64,000 nt of DNA from Nitrososphaerales archaeon (GCA_965197925.1 CBDAOC010000019.1:1-64000); one strand, 5' to 3'; positions 1 to 11,343 are shown, numbered from the stretch's first letter. Made by a program: numbers and translations. Notes: generated by a model from the sequence alone, not told the origin.

Positions 1-478
1 CGAGTGATTCTATATTATTCATCCATAAAATAACATAACCACTATGTTTCCTATAAGAAAATAACGTGGGAGAATGGTTAACTACCAACTAATTGAACTT
101 TCTAAATTATGATGAATAACTCTAGCCAAATATCATGTGATTTTTACTTTAGGATTATTTCATCAGTTCTTAGGAAATAGTTACTGAGAGACAAAAAGAG
201 CACCTGTATTTGTTTTGATAAACATATATCACTTTTACTTCATTGAAGATACTTTACTAATGACTTGGATACGTTTGTTGACTAATCTACCAAATATATG
301 GTCTGTATAGTTACCTCCTATATCGTCATCATTATATATTCAAGAGAATGAATATATTCAAACTTAGCTGATTATCAGAAGGGAATAATAAGAAAAACTT
401 GTCCATTGAAGAATAAAATGATTCCAATTTAATTAAGGAAGAACTATAAATGATAAATCATTGTATATAATTGTTAGA

Positions 479-1009
479 TCAAAGGGATGCAATATTTTTT
501 CGAAAATTCCTGAAATCTTCTAGGAAGCTTTCAGGATCTACATCTACTCTTGGTGGTTCGCCACACCTAATATATCCTGCCATTACACAATCCCGAAATT
601 GCTCATCCGTCCAATTGAAGAATGAGCGAAGTGTTTCACATCTTTCATACGCCGACTCCATCCATTCCAAGACAGTCTTGATATAAAATTGAGCATTAAA
701 TCTAACTCTAATTGCTTTAGGACCCTTTCGGATCAGTTCCTCCCTAATTTGCCCACTCCCAGCGAAATCAGTTATTTTACCATTAGAAATTTTCCTGACT
801 ACTGCCTCTGTTTTTATATGTAGTCTAACTTGACTTTCACCCTCTTTTTCATCTTTTTCTTCCAGTTCATGCTTGACCACGTCTTTCAATTCTATTTCCA
901 ACATTTCATCACCCTGGTCACTCCGCGATGTAACTAAAATACAATAATTTGCATTGTCTGATTGCCTCAGGATTCCTCTCACTGAGAGTCCCCACGAGTT
1001 CCTTATCAA
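479..1009 (-). CDS. Hypothetical protein; true start probably downstream (MLEIELK...)
   Basis: Long ORF with protein-like composition; no family recognised. Confidence 0.5.
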   Translation of the reverse strand: MIRNSWGLSVRGILRQSDNANYCILVTSRSDQGDEMLEIELKDVVKHELEEKDEKEGESQVRLHIKTEAVVRKISNGKITDFAGSGQIREELIRKGPKAIRVRFNAQFYIKTVLEWMESAYERCETLRSFFNWTDEQFRDCVMAGYIRCGEPPRVDVDPESFLEDFRNFRKNIASL

Positions 1010-1263
1010 ATTTATAGACGCTTGTATGTTTTATTAAATCCTCTAATTTTTCTTTGACTCCACTTTCTTCCAATCAATATAATTTCTCAAACAAGTATTA
1101 TTTAAGCCAATCTTGCTCCAAATGAGCTTAGAGAAAATTAAAGGGCGAGTTGTATCTTTCTTCCAATCTTCCTTACTCCTTATTGACTGTTATAAAATGA
1201 AAATAGATCATTCCAGAGTATTTTCTCAAAATTTTTCTCAAAATCATATAGATAATATTCTCT

Positions 1264-1389
1264 TCAATCTATTATTCCACATGTGATTTTGCAGGCCATA
1301 CAAACTATCTCAACAACTGCAGAAGTAGGTCTCCGCTTCTGCACATGTCTCTCCATACCATGTCCGCATTTACAGGCTACTTGACCCAT
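1264..1389 (-). CDS. 41-aa Cys/His-rich putative zinc-binding microprotein
   Basis: Hand translation MGQVACKCGHGMERHVQKRRPTSAVVEIVCMACKITCGIID*; CxCxH...H...CxxC; below the ORF-track cutoff. Confidence 0.5.
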   Translation of the reverse strand: MGQVACKCGHGMERHVQKRRPTSAVVEIVCMACKITCGIID

Positions 1390-1594
1390 AATAAAATAAT
1401 CGAAGCTCTATTTTTAAATTCTACTTAACTAACTCTCGTAAAAATGTCTTCAAACATGCTTCATTGGACAAAAAAGGGGGAAGGTAACCTCTCCTTTAGT
1501 TTGCCTAACCGTTCTAGAAAATGATAACTGGGTGAATTTATTCAGAATTTGTTTAAGCATTAGCTATAAACAAGGCTATTTTCTAGAAGATGTC

Positions 1595-2593
1595 ATGATA
1601 CGTATAGATGAACAGAAGATCTTCGAAGTTATAAGGGCAAGAAAGCCCAAAGTAATAGCATTCAACGGACCTGAAGGAATATTTCAAAAAATACAGAAAG
1701 TTGCAGACAAGGTCAGTAATGAATTCGATTTAACAGCTTACATCATAGGTGACCCTTGTTATGGCTCATGCGATATAAACTCACATGCTGCTGATATGCT
1801 TGGTGCAGAAGTCCTTTTCCATATAGGACATTCAATATCAATCGATCAATTTGGAACCAAGATCGTGATGGTTGATGCATTGGATGATATAAGCTTCGAT
1901 TCTGTGGCAGAAAGGTGTGTGACCATATTTAAGGATTATAAAACTCTATCCATCCTTACTGATAGCCAACACTTACATCAAATACAACCAGTAAGAGAAA
2001 TTTTGGAGAAACATGGTTTTACGGTTGTAATAGGTAAAGGTAAGGGACAGCTGAATGATGGTCAAGTGTTTGGATGCGAATTCTATCCGGTATCTGAAGT
2101 TAAGAATGAGGTAAATGCGTATGTGTTCTTGGGCCAGAGTCAATTTCATGCTGCGGGTATTGCACTTTCGAGTGGCAAACCAGTCTTTATTTTGGATCCG
2201 TATTATGATGAAATAAAAGATGTGACAGATTTTGCTCTTGAACTACAGAAGAAATCTATTCTGACTATCTATAAAGCAATGGAAGCCAATACTTTTGGAT
2301 TGGTGGTAGGTTTGAAGGAGGGTCAGTTTATGCTCAATCGAGTGCTTGAATTGAAGAAAGAGCTTGAGAAACATGAAAAACAAGTTAGGTTGATTGCGCT
2401 TACAGAAATCACTAATGATAGATTAATGATCTTCAGTGATATAGATGTATTTATTCAGGTGGCTTGTCCTAGAATATCCATTGATAATTCCTTTAAGAAG
2501 CCAGTTCTTTCAGTGCCGCAGGCAAAAGCATTGATAAACCTATTCAATAAGCAAAATATAGACGACTTCCTGAAAATACCACATTGGCTCTAA
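1595..2593 (+). CDS. dph2: Diphthamide biosynthesis radical-SAM enzyme (archaeal Dph2)
   Basis: GDPCYGSCD, GQVFGC and QVACPR motifs (three Fe-S cysteines); ATG at 1595 preferred over 1532. Confidence 0.93.
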   Translation: MIRIDEQKIFEVIRARKPKVIAFNGPEGIFQKIQKVADKVSNEFDLTAYIIGDPCYGSCDINSHAADMLGAEVLFHIGHSISIDQFGTKIVMVDALDDISFDSVAERCVTIFKDYKTLSILTDSQHLHQIQPVREILEKHGFTVVIGKGKGQLNDGQVFGCEFYPVSEVKNEVNAYVFLGQSQFHAAGIALSSGKPVFILDPYYDEIKDVTDFALELQKKSILTIYKAMEANTFGLVVGLKEGQFMLNRVLELKKELEKHEKQVRLIALTEITNDRLMIFSDIDVFIQVACPRISIDNSFKKPVLSVPQAKALINLFNKQNIDDFLKIPHWL

Positions 2594-2633
2594 TGATAAA
2601 TAATAGTCTATTGTAAGGTACTACGAATAAGAC

Positions 2634-3182
2634 ATGGGAGAGATTGTAAAACTACCTGGCGAGAGGATTGCGTCAATAGAGGAGTTTGAAAATGGAGATG
2701 GTACTTATGAGCACGATGGTGTCATTAGAGCCGGTGGATTAGGCAAGGTCTTACTTGATTTTAAAAAGAGGGTTGCAAAAGTTGATCAAACAAAGAAAAC
2801 TGGGTTTCCGAAGACTGGTGATATTATCTTAGGCTTCATTGATATGGTGCCAGGGAATATGGTGAGTGTGCGCGTCCTTTACGTGAATAACAGGAAAACT
2901 AATGCCGGATTTATTGCAATATCCTTGATGCGCGGTGGAAGAGGGAAAAGAAGTATTATGTTTAGGGTAGGAGATGTGGTTAGGGCCAAAGTATCTAGCT
3001 TGCTAAACGCCAATATACACATAAACTTCCTGGATCCAACCTTAGGAGTAATCTCTACTAGATGTCATGCATGTGGTGGTAATGTTGCAAAGGTTAATGG
3101 CCGTGTAAAATGTGTGGAATGCGATACATCTGATGAGAGAAAGCTTGCGGATGATTTTGGCAAGGCGAATCTGAAACTGTAA
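2634..3182 (+). CDS. csl4: Exosome RNA-binding subunit Csl4
   Basis: LPGERIASIEEF N-terminus, S1 domain (FRVGDVVRAKV), C-terminal CxxC..CxxC..ERKLA zinc ribbon. Confidence 0.9.
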   Translation: MGEIVKLPGERIASIEEFENGDGTYEHDGVIRAGGLGKVLLDFKKRVAKVDQTKKTGFPKTGDIILGFIDMVPGNMVSVRVLYVNNRKTNAGFIAISLMRGGRGKRSIMFRVGDVVRAKVSSLLNANIHINFLDPTLGVISTRCHACGGNVAKVNGRVKCVECDTSDERKLADDFGKANLKL

Positions 3183-3192
3183 GGTAATTAAA

Positions 3193-4008
3193 TTGAAAGT
3201 TGCGTTCCAGGGGGAGCGTGGTGCATATAGTGAAATGGCGGCACGTCAGCACTTCGGACCCAATATAGAGGTATTACCAAGAAAGACCCTCACAGATGTC
3301 TTTCATACTATTGAAAGTAAGAAAGATTTCTATGCTGTCGTACCCATAGAAAATTCATTAGAAGGGAGTGTAAATGAAACTTATGATTTATTGGTTTATA
3401 CAAGAAAGATGGTTTGTAACGAAATCTTTTTTCGTATAACCCATTGCTTAATTAGCTATAGTAATATTGGACTTGGTAAGATAAAAGGCGTATATTCGCA
3501 TCCACAAGCACTTGCCCAATGCAGAAATTTCTTATCGAAATATGAAATGACGCCCATTCCTTTTTATGATACTGCTGGTAGTGTAAAAATGCTTAAAGAA
3601 TTTCCTGTCGACCACGCGGGTGCTATTGCCAGTCAAAGTGCTGCGGAAATATATGAAATGAAAGTAATTAAGAAAGGTATAGAAGACAACAAGAAAAATT
3701 ATACTCGCTTCTTAGTATTAGCATCCAGAGATTCAGAACCTACCGGCAATGACAAAACTCTGACAATTTTTACAACTAAACATGTCCCAGGTGCTTTGCA
3801 TAGAGTAATTGCAGAATTTGCTGCGAGAGACATAAATTTAACAATGATAGTTTCTAGACCCAAAAAGGAGAAACCGTGGGAGTATAATTTTTATCTTGAT
3901 TTTGAAGGTCATAGGAAGGATCCAAAAGTCAGGGAATGTTTGAGGTGTTTGAAATCTTATACTGTATTTTTGAAGGTATTGGGTTCTTACCCTAAATTTG
4001 GCCAGTAA
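3193..4008 (+). CDS. pheA: Prephenate dehydratase
   Basis: VAFQGERGAYSE, VPIENSLEGSV, SHPQALAQC, NYTRF, ACT domain ending LGSYP. Confidence 0.95.
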   Translation: MKVAFQGERGAYSEMAARQHFGPNIEVLPRKTLTDVFHTIESKKDFYAVVPIENSLEGSVNETYDLLVYTRKMVCNEIFFRITHCLISYSNIGLGKIKGVYSHPQALAQCRNFLSKYEMTPIPFYDTAGSVKMLKEFPVDHAGAIASQSAAEIYEMKVIKKGIEDNKKNYTRFLVLASRDSEPTGNDKTLTIFTTKHVPGALHRVIAEFAARDINLTMIVSRPKKEKPWEYNFYLDFEGHRKDPKVRECLRCLKSYTVFLKVLGSYPKFGQ

Positions 4009-5224
4009 ATGTATAACGTGAACAATAAAGAGCTATACTGTTCCAGGAATCCAGATATCCTTACCTGTAATATGCTATAAAGAAAAATCATCGGAGTAAC
4101 TATGTGAACCTTAGTTTGCTCAATTATTGTTAAAAGACTCAATATGCATACTTTAGAAAACAACGTCCTGGTAATTGAAATTGGCATGTTCTCTACATTT
4201 TCCCTTTTCAAAAATACTCCACTAATCCAAATATTTCTATTATTCATTGAGTCAAAAAAACTTTGATAATTTGTACGATTTTTTAGTTTCTATGCAAAAG
4301 AGTTTCAAATAGCAAGGCTTTATACTCAAAACCAAACTCCATTCTTTCATACTATATAACCATCTTTCTGGTTCAACATGCTTCCTTGAAGACATTATTC
4401 GCTGGAACTTTCATAAAATTACTCCTTAACTTCTTCAGCTGCTCATATGATAGAAAGCATTTTACTCAAAGCTTCATCTTTTCATACAACATTCCCAGAT
4501 CATTCCTATGAATCCTATTCAACTAGTCTATTGGCTGATTGTGAGAATTATTTATGCCAAGTATGTACGTATCTTCTCCTCTAGAAAATCCACATTTGAC
4601 CGAAAGCGAAATTTTATTTATTTTTTTCTATTAGATTGTTATTTTCTATTAGATTGTTACGTTTTTTTCTTACTATCTCCCTCCATTAGTATATAGTATA
4701 TGGCAAATATAGGAGAAATTGTCTGTGAATAAATAATTATAACATGGTTTTTTTTGGAAAGCCAGCTTTGGACAAAACTAGCTTCTTTGATTGCCTTTTA
4801 GAACCTCTCCGATCTACTTCCAGATATCTCTCGCGTCTGAACCTTCTCCTTGTATCTCGTGAAAATCAACAATTATGGTAGTTATTCTTTAGGATCCCTT
4901 ACTCCTAGCTCAATAATTTGGCCATGAGTTAGGTGTGTTTATCTGAAGAAACCAACTAGTTAATATTGGCATGCTGTTGTAGTTTCTTTGGACTTTATAG
5001 CACAATCAAACAATTGCTGAACCTGTTAGTTTTTGCAAGCTAACAAAGGCTTGACATTATAAGTCATATGGCGTTTTACGTCACATAACATCAACGTTAT
5101 GATGTATTAATGCAACACAACTAGAGATATTTAGCTGGTGAATTAGACAAAATCCCTTAACAATATGAAGAAAATAAGTATCAGTAATAGAACAGAAAGA
5201 GGATCTTCATACATGGAAGGAAAA

Positions 5225-5699
5225 TCATGAATGTGGACTTACGGTAGAATCTGTGTTTATATTCTCTGTATTCAAGCGTAACTTTGGTTTTGGTGAACAT
5301 GTGAAGCCAGTAAGATGGAAGAATATGGTGAAGGAACTAATGCTAAAAGCTCTATATGTAACATGTTCATTGCGATGAATCCAAAAGGGTTTGTATACCG
5401 CTATAATATGGTAATTATTCGGCATATGAAATAAATTTACTTCTTTTCTGAAAGAAAAAGGAAATTTTTGTTTTTGATTGGTTCCTAATCCCATCCACAT
5501 TCCGAGAGCATATGTTATAACCTCTCAAAAGGGTTCGCTCTCCTACTCTTGGGACTTGTCTAACTTCTAAAGCGACAGCTTTGAAAAGCGGGAAGCCATA
5601 ACAATATAAACTAAAATCCATTCTTACCTTCTTTTTTTGGGGGTTTAATTCGTATTGATCCATTGACTTATTTAATACCTTGAATATGTATTCATGCAT
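5225..5699 (-). pseudogene. Possible frameshifted hypothetical gene (two overlapping ORFs)
   Basis: ORFs 5415-5699 and 5225-5500 overlap on the same strand; no family recognised. Confidence 0.3.
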
Positions 5700-5835
5700 T
5701 CCAACTAAAGAATAATTTCAATTACCTAATGCAGAAGCTACAAATGGGAATTTAGATTGATTCTATCTGAAACAGTAAGGCTTAGTAACTGCTAATACAT
5801 ACCTTATTAACATAGTAAACGCTACTATATGTGAG

Positions 5836-6060
5836 ATGAAAACAAGAACCAATGAAGATCCTGGAATAAATCGCATGTATAAAACTATTCAGTCTTATCT
5901 AGATGGTAAGAACGACTGCGCTGAGGTGGTTAGTTATATGAGGGAGTCTGGTCTCAAATCAGAAATACTTGCTGGAATTATGAGGCAACTCTCCGATTTT
6001 GGTGATATTGATAGATATTCATTGTTGCGTCAAGAATGTAAGTTATTTGGTTTGTACTGA
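5836..6060 (+). CDS. Small hypothetical protein
   Basis: ATG ORF with an AT-rich TATA-like element about 25-30 bp upstream. Confidence 0.55.
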   Translation: MKTRTNEDPGINRMYKTIQSYLDGKNDCAEVVSYMRESGLKSEILAGIMRQLSDFGDIDRYSLLRQECKLFGLY

Positions 6061-6087
6061 TGTCTGCAAATCTGAATTGGGTGATAT

Positions 6088-6384
6088 GTGACGAGTAATA
6101 TCAGGGAAAATATAAAACAAATGAATTCTATAAGTATGAAAATAATAGAGATATCTAATCAGGCTACGCACTCCCCAACTGAGGATCTCAAACATCGCGT
6201 TTCCTTCCAGAAGCAGCAAAAGCAAGCCAAAAATGATCTGGTCAGTGAATTGATGACACTACTGAGCGAAAGTAGAAAAATGAAACTCAATGAGTCAGAT
6301 AGCGCCTTGTTAGATGCATCTCTAACTAAATTAAATAAAAAACTTTACGACGCTACTAGTCTAACTATACTAACTATACTTTGA
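6088..6384 (+). CDS. Hypothetical helical/coiled-coil protein
   Basis: ORF follows 5836-6060 in tandem. Confidence 0.45.
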   Translation: MTSNIRENIKQMNSISMKIIEISNQATHSPTEDLKHRVSFQKQQKQAKNDLVSELMTLLSESRKMKLNESDSALLDASLTKLNKKLYDATSLTILTIL

Positions 6385-6445
6385 TTATTATTCATATATT
6401 GTCAGGAAAACCAAATTATAGTCATCGAATCTCCTATATGTAATT

Positions 6446-7537
6446 GAGGCTTGGGCGTAATTTAGTTCGAAACGATAAGATTAGATTTCTAGTTCATATT
6501 GGTAATGTGTTTAGCTCAGACTCCATACTCCTTCGCATATTATTTTTGATTGACGTGATTCCTCGGCCAAAACCTAATAGGAAAAGGGTAGACCATTCTA
6601 CTATTCTCCTACAGTAATGATGAGATGCTTCATCGTTAGAGTATGGGTAAGAATACCAAGCAACAATGCTTTGTATGAATACTATTCGTTAGACATGCCA
6701 TACAACAGGAGAGTTATGGAATCATGTGGTCTTGATAGGTTGCCAGACAGAAGAACATTCGACAGAAGGTCAAGGCCATATCAATTGACATAAGATCAAG
6801 GATAGATGTTATGGGTATGCTCTTCATAAAAGATGGGTTGGTAGACCCAGCCATAGTATCCGTTGACAGTTCATTGTTGAAAGCAAAGGGACATGTATGG
6901 CATAGATCAAACATGAAGAAGAATGAAGTGCCACGCTCCGGTATAGATACAGATGCTCGATGGGGATTCAGCAGAACCAAGGGATGGGTATTCGGATACA
7001 AACTGCATCTAGCATGTAGCACAGGTTCGTTGATAGTTCCATTATCAGCTGATTTCACAACAGCTAACATTACTGATAACAAGATGTATGAAAGCATAAC
7101 ATCTTCATTGCCTACAGGAATGGTAAGGTATGTTGTAGGAGATGAAGGATATGATGATCACAAGTTATGTGATTTCAGCAGGTATAGAGGGTATCCAGTA
7201 TTCCCATTGGAAAGGTACAAGCATACTACAGATAATAATAGACTGGCATTGCTGCAGTTCTATCAATCGGAATTTGAGCATGTATATTCTCGGAGGAGCA
7301 TAAGCGTTGAGCCATTGACAGAGCAGATAAAGGATGTATTTGATATAGACCCACTACCTGTTAGAGGATTTGATAAAGCTAGGAGCATCGTTCTGATTTC
7401 TATATTGCTATACCAGCTGATGGTATACTATAACTACTTGACAGGAAGACCATTAAGGGCATTGAAGCACATGTTGGGAAGTTAATCAATCAGAGGCATC
7501 AAGTTATTTTTGTTATATGGAATAATGCCAATGCCTC
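6446..7537 (+). mobile_element. IS family A copy (DDE_Tnp_1-type, IS5/IS4-like), frameshifted transposase
   Basis: Termini GAGGCTTGGGCGTAATT / AATAATGCCAATGCCTC; SVDSS..DARWG..GYKLH..GDEGYD..RxxxE motifs; flanks ATGTAATT/AAATATTT do not form a TSD. Confidence 0.92.
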
Positions 7538-7562
7538 AAATATTTAATTAATTGACAATCTA

Positions 7563-7744
7563 GTTTCAATCCTTGTTATTATGGATTCATCATTATGATT
7601 ATGATCATTCGTTCATAACGATCCCAGAGTGTCGGTTTCAATCCTTGTTATTATGGATTCATCATTATGATTCAAGTGTATGCTCATCGACCTCAATCCG
7701 TATATTAGTTTCAATCCTTGTTATTATGGATTCATCATTATGAT
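7563..7744 (-). CRISPR. Orphan CRISPR mini-array: 3 identical 37-bp repeats, 2 spacers (35 and 36 bp)
   Basis: GTTTCAATCCTTGTTATTATGGATTCATCATTATGAT at 7563, 7635, 7708; spacers 7600-7634 and 7672-7707; the minus strand ends in the canonical ATTGAAAC, so orientation is inferred. Confidence 0.9.
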
Positions 7745-7746
7745 CT

Positions 7747-8915
7747 TTATCGTCGTAATATGCTGTTAATTTCTCTCCAGATGCGTTTGTCAATCTATCT
7801 TTTGGGCATAACCTTGATGGAATCTCCATCATTGATGATGGTTATTCTTTTGATTCGTTTTCCAGGATTATTTACAAAGTTTGGTTTTGTACCGGCTTGT
7901 TTGATTAAATCCATGCACTTGTCCCGTCCAAGAGCAAGATCAACGTTGGTTGCTTTGGCAGGTGTCTTGCCATTCAGACCCCTTATGTGGCTTTACAAAG
8001 TTATGGTTTATCTTCAACAGTTCTGAGAATGTCTGGACTGATTCATCATTGCCCAGTCCACTCCTTGCCTTGAGTCTCTCCCTGATTTTGTTGTGGTATA
8101 TTTCCATTGGCCTGTTACAAATCCGTCTTTTAGTGATTTTGTCTTAATGTGCACTGTCCTGTTTTCAAATTCTTTTCTGATTGCCTCTTGGTAGGAGTTT
8201 AGGGGATCGGTTAGAATATGGTTCGGGTTTTTTTGATACCGTCCTCTTACCGCTTGGAATAATCTTCCTTGCATTTGCAACTTCACGTCTTTTGGAGACT
8301 TTTGTAGATATGGGAAATCGGGTTTTAGGATTTATAATACTCCATAACCAATCATAAAATCCCTTTCCGGCCTTCTTTATGTTCTTGACGTTTAGAACCA
8401 TTTCATCAAGTGACCAGGCATCACCTAAATCAGGATAAAATGATTCTACATATTCTTTGATCAAGTATATGTGATTTTTTTATCCAGTTGATGACAGACA
8501 CATGGGTTATTGAAATTCTATGTGTTGATTCTATATGTCTTGCAGTATTTCTGTATGAAACACCAGATATTACTAGGTTGATTGATTCGTAGATTATCTT
8601 GGGATCCGATGATACCTTTGAAAAACCATTCTCACCCAGAACGAATTTTCTATTGCATTGCTTGCAAGAATATTTCTGTCGTTTTGTTCCGTTTTTAAGC
8701 TTTCTGAATCCATGTTTGACTATAATGATAGAGTTGCATCTTGGACATATCTGTAGTCTTTCAGTCTTTTCGATTCTGTTTTGAATGGGAGATATTTTCT
8801 TTTAGGATAACGCAGCTCTGAATATACCCGCAATGCTTGTCATCCTGCGTTCTTAACCTGTAATGAAAGTCATGGCATTCACAAGTCCAAATATCAACAT
8901 CCGGGAATCTCTGAA
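7747..8915 (-). mobile_element. Decayed IS6/IS240-like DDE transposase with N-terminal SWIM finger and Zn ribbon (pseudogene)
   Basis: Hand-translated pieces: WTCECHDFHYR..KHC (SWIM), CPRCNS..VKHG..QKYSCKQCNRKF, HTH, WSLDE..WLWSII, LTD-L-SY, HNFVKPH..GLNGKTPA; several frameshifts and stops. Confidence 0.8.
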
Positions 8916-8917
8916 TG

Positions 8918-9157
8918 TTATACTGTTTTTTTGAGTTTTGGGAATCTACAACATGTGGTTGTTTGTAATTTTAGTATACTTAAAAGTAATCCCTTACCAA
9001 TTGGATCACGCCCGGGAATAGAAACAAATCTACCACCGGCTTTCTGCAGGATATGATGACTTCTCTTGTGACTATAGATCCATTCTTTATCTCTAAGAAA
9101 TTTTATTATATCCCTACTGGATACCTGAGGAAGCCTAGTCACTCGTGTTTTCAACAA
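8918..9157 (-). CDS. hicA: HicA-family mRNA interferase toxin (probably damaged)
   Basis: LPQVSSRDIIKFL..SHHIL..VSIP..IGKGLLLSILK matches the HicA pattern; atypical C-terminus. Confidence 0.75.
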   Translation of the reverse strand: MLKTRVTRLPQVSSRDIIKFLRDKEWIYSHKRSHHILQKAGGRFVSIPGRDPIGKGLLLSILKLQTTTCCRFPKLKKTV

Positions 9158-9325
9158 TAATCAAGTTAAATTCTTTTTCTACCCCACGAGCTAAGTATTC
9201 CTTCTGCGGCTTTATGCATTTCTTATAGCCTCATCCTCCGTAGCCCCATCTGTAACTAAACCTTGTAAATCTAAGGATCTAGCTACGATTCTACCATCTT
9301 TATCTTGTTCTAATACTATTATACG
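9135..9325 (-). pseudogene. hicB: HicB-family antitoxin, frameshifted
   Basis: Hand translation LEQDKDGRIVARSLDLQGLVTDGATEDEAIRNA then stop/frameshift; directly upstream of hicA. Confidence 0.75.
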
Positions 9326-9356
9326 ATTGTTTCGTTATTAATGATTCCGCAATGAA

Positions 9357-9569
9357 TTGAAACTAGAAAAGTCAAAAGCAAAACTTGATTTTGGGAAAAT
9401 AATTCAAGTTGAATCCGTCCATTCTCTTCAAGTTAAGAAGGTTGATGGTGAAAAATATGCAGAAAAATGTGAAGGTCGTCTTTTAGTTGAAGGAACCGAT
9501 ATTGATTTTGCGAGTGTGCGGAACGATGACAACCAACGATATCGCCCCATTTTTAGAGATGAATTATCT
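9357..9569 (+). pseudogene. Hypothetical gene truncated by IS
   Basis: ORF runs into the IS terminus at 9570. Confidence 0.4.
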
Positions 9570-10456
9570 CAACTCATCTCAAAACTAACCATTTAGACAA
9601 TTTTTAGCGACCATTTAGATCTATGAATAGCATCTATGAATAGCGACATCTAAAATTATTTTATGAAATTCCAAGAATTATCAGACAAACAGTGGAGTAT
9701 GATGGAATCACACATACCACCACATGCAAAAACTGGCAGGCCTAGAGATGATGATAGAAAAATCATTAACGGAATAATCCATGTTCTAACTACTGGATGC
9801 CGATGGGACGATATGCCAAAAAGATATGGTGATGATTCTACTGCAAACAGAAGGTTAAACAAATGGCAACAAAAAGGAATCTGGAAAAATATTCTATCAC
9901 GTACTATTCACTCAGCACATAAATCTGGCAAAATTAATCTACAAAAAATATCAGTTGACTCTTCATCCATTCCTGATAAAAAAGGGGCAATGTAACTGGA
10001 TATAATGGATTCAAGAGAATAACAGGTACAAAAATACATGCCGCAGTAGAGGGTAACGGATTTCCAATATCCATACTGCTGAGTCCGGCAAATGAACATG
10101 ACAGTACAAAATGCATGGATGTTACAGGATCAATTTCAGACTATCTTGATGATGATTCAATACAACAGATAGAACCAGTTTATGCAGACAAAATGATGCA
10201 AAATACATCAGAATGTATTTGTGGGATAGAAATATTGCATGTTGCATCCCATACAAAATAAATTCCAAGTTCATCTTGCAAAATAATGATTGCAAACATT
10301 ACAACAAGACAAGATTTGTAGTTGAGAGATTCTTTGCATGGCTCAAGAATGGATTTCACAGAACAAGAATCAGGTATGAAAGAACGGCAGAAAACTATCT
10401 GGCATTTGTTAATCTTGCATCATTTTTGATGTATTGTAGGGTTTTGAGATGAGTTG
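9570..10456 (+). mobile_element. IS family B copy (IS5 family, IS427-like two-ORF element), orfB damaged
   Basis: TIR CAACTCATCTCAAAAC / GTTTTGAGATGAGTTG; orfA 9663-9995 (TGCRW) ends at an A-run/GGGG slippery site; orfB with VERFFAWL; flanks TCT/AAT differ. Confidence 0.93.
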
Positions 10457-11234
10457 AATAACAATCTCAGGTTCTTTGCAGGATGCTAATAGTGATGCAG
10501 TAGCTCGAATTATTGTGATGCCAAAAACAACTATCTCGAATGTCAAGCTTCACCTTGAGGTCGATAATCCATTTAAGAGCATAGAATCTGAATTTATGTT
10601 TACTTTAAAGATACGTAATCAGCATGATAGTGATATATCAGGTACTCTCCGGTTGGGAATAGACGGTATGGTCGTTGCTAACCAGAATGTGGATGTACCA
10701 ACTCTTGGGGAAAAAAATATGGAATTTCTCTGGAAGAGTGGTGATCTACCTGCGTCAAAGAATGTTGTCAAAGTTGATGGCTTTAACAGTGAAAGTAACG
10801 AAGTAAATGTATTTACTTTTGATAAATTGGAAAGCAGGACTGTTATTGGAAGTGGCACAATAGCGGATCAGGTGTTTGAAGATCCTGACACGAAGGAGAG
10901 AATTTCTATAGTTAGACCTAATAGGATTTCGGCTATCATGTAAATTAAAAATAATACTCTTGAGGTACAACTCCTAGCACCTAATGGGACGGCTGTTATT
11001 GGTAAGGAAGGCTTGGTTATAGATGTTGGAAAGAGAGTAAATATAGTAAAGGTTAATGATCAAAACATAGCTGTTAAATATACTGAACTGAGTGAAACAC
11101 TTAGATTCTTTGCTGTCAAGATGACTAAGAAAGATACTCCCTTAACATCAGGAGAGTGGGGTATTAGGGTCATTGACTCGGCGGGTAATGATGCTGATAC
11201 AAGAATCAAGTATTTTGTTAATTACATAGCATAG
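10457..11234 (+). pseudogene. C-terminal remnant of a secreted/surface Ig-like (CARDB-like) protein
   Basis: Two in-frame ORFs (10476-10943, 11013-11234) split by one stop; 5' end cut by IS; beta-rich sequence. Confidence 0.55.
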
Positions 11235-11343
11235 CATACCCATGAAAATGTGGGAATATAATATTTTCAGTTAAACCGGAGATCTTACTTAAGAAAATGG
11301 AAGTGCAGGTGATACTCTTGATGGGAACACCAATTATATAGTT

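Noticed and set aside
1..470. AT-rich stretches here and at 4010-5200, 15890-16830 and 56350-57080 as genes
   Set aside because: Only short broken frames with no recognisable motif; possibly old pseudogenes but unsupported
7600..7707. CRISPR spacers targeting the 37-42 kb element or other DNA in the window
   Set aside because: No match seen by eye; this was not an exhaustive search and needs blastn-short
7718..8147. Plus-strand ORFs 7718-8026 and 7950-8147
   Set aside because: Antisense to the decayed transposase; one starts inside a CRISPR repeat
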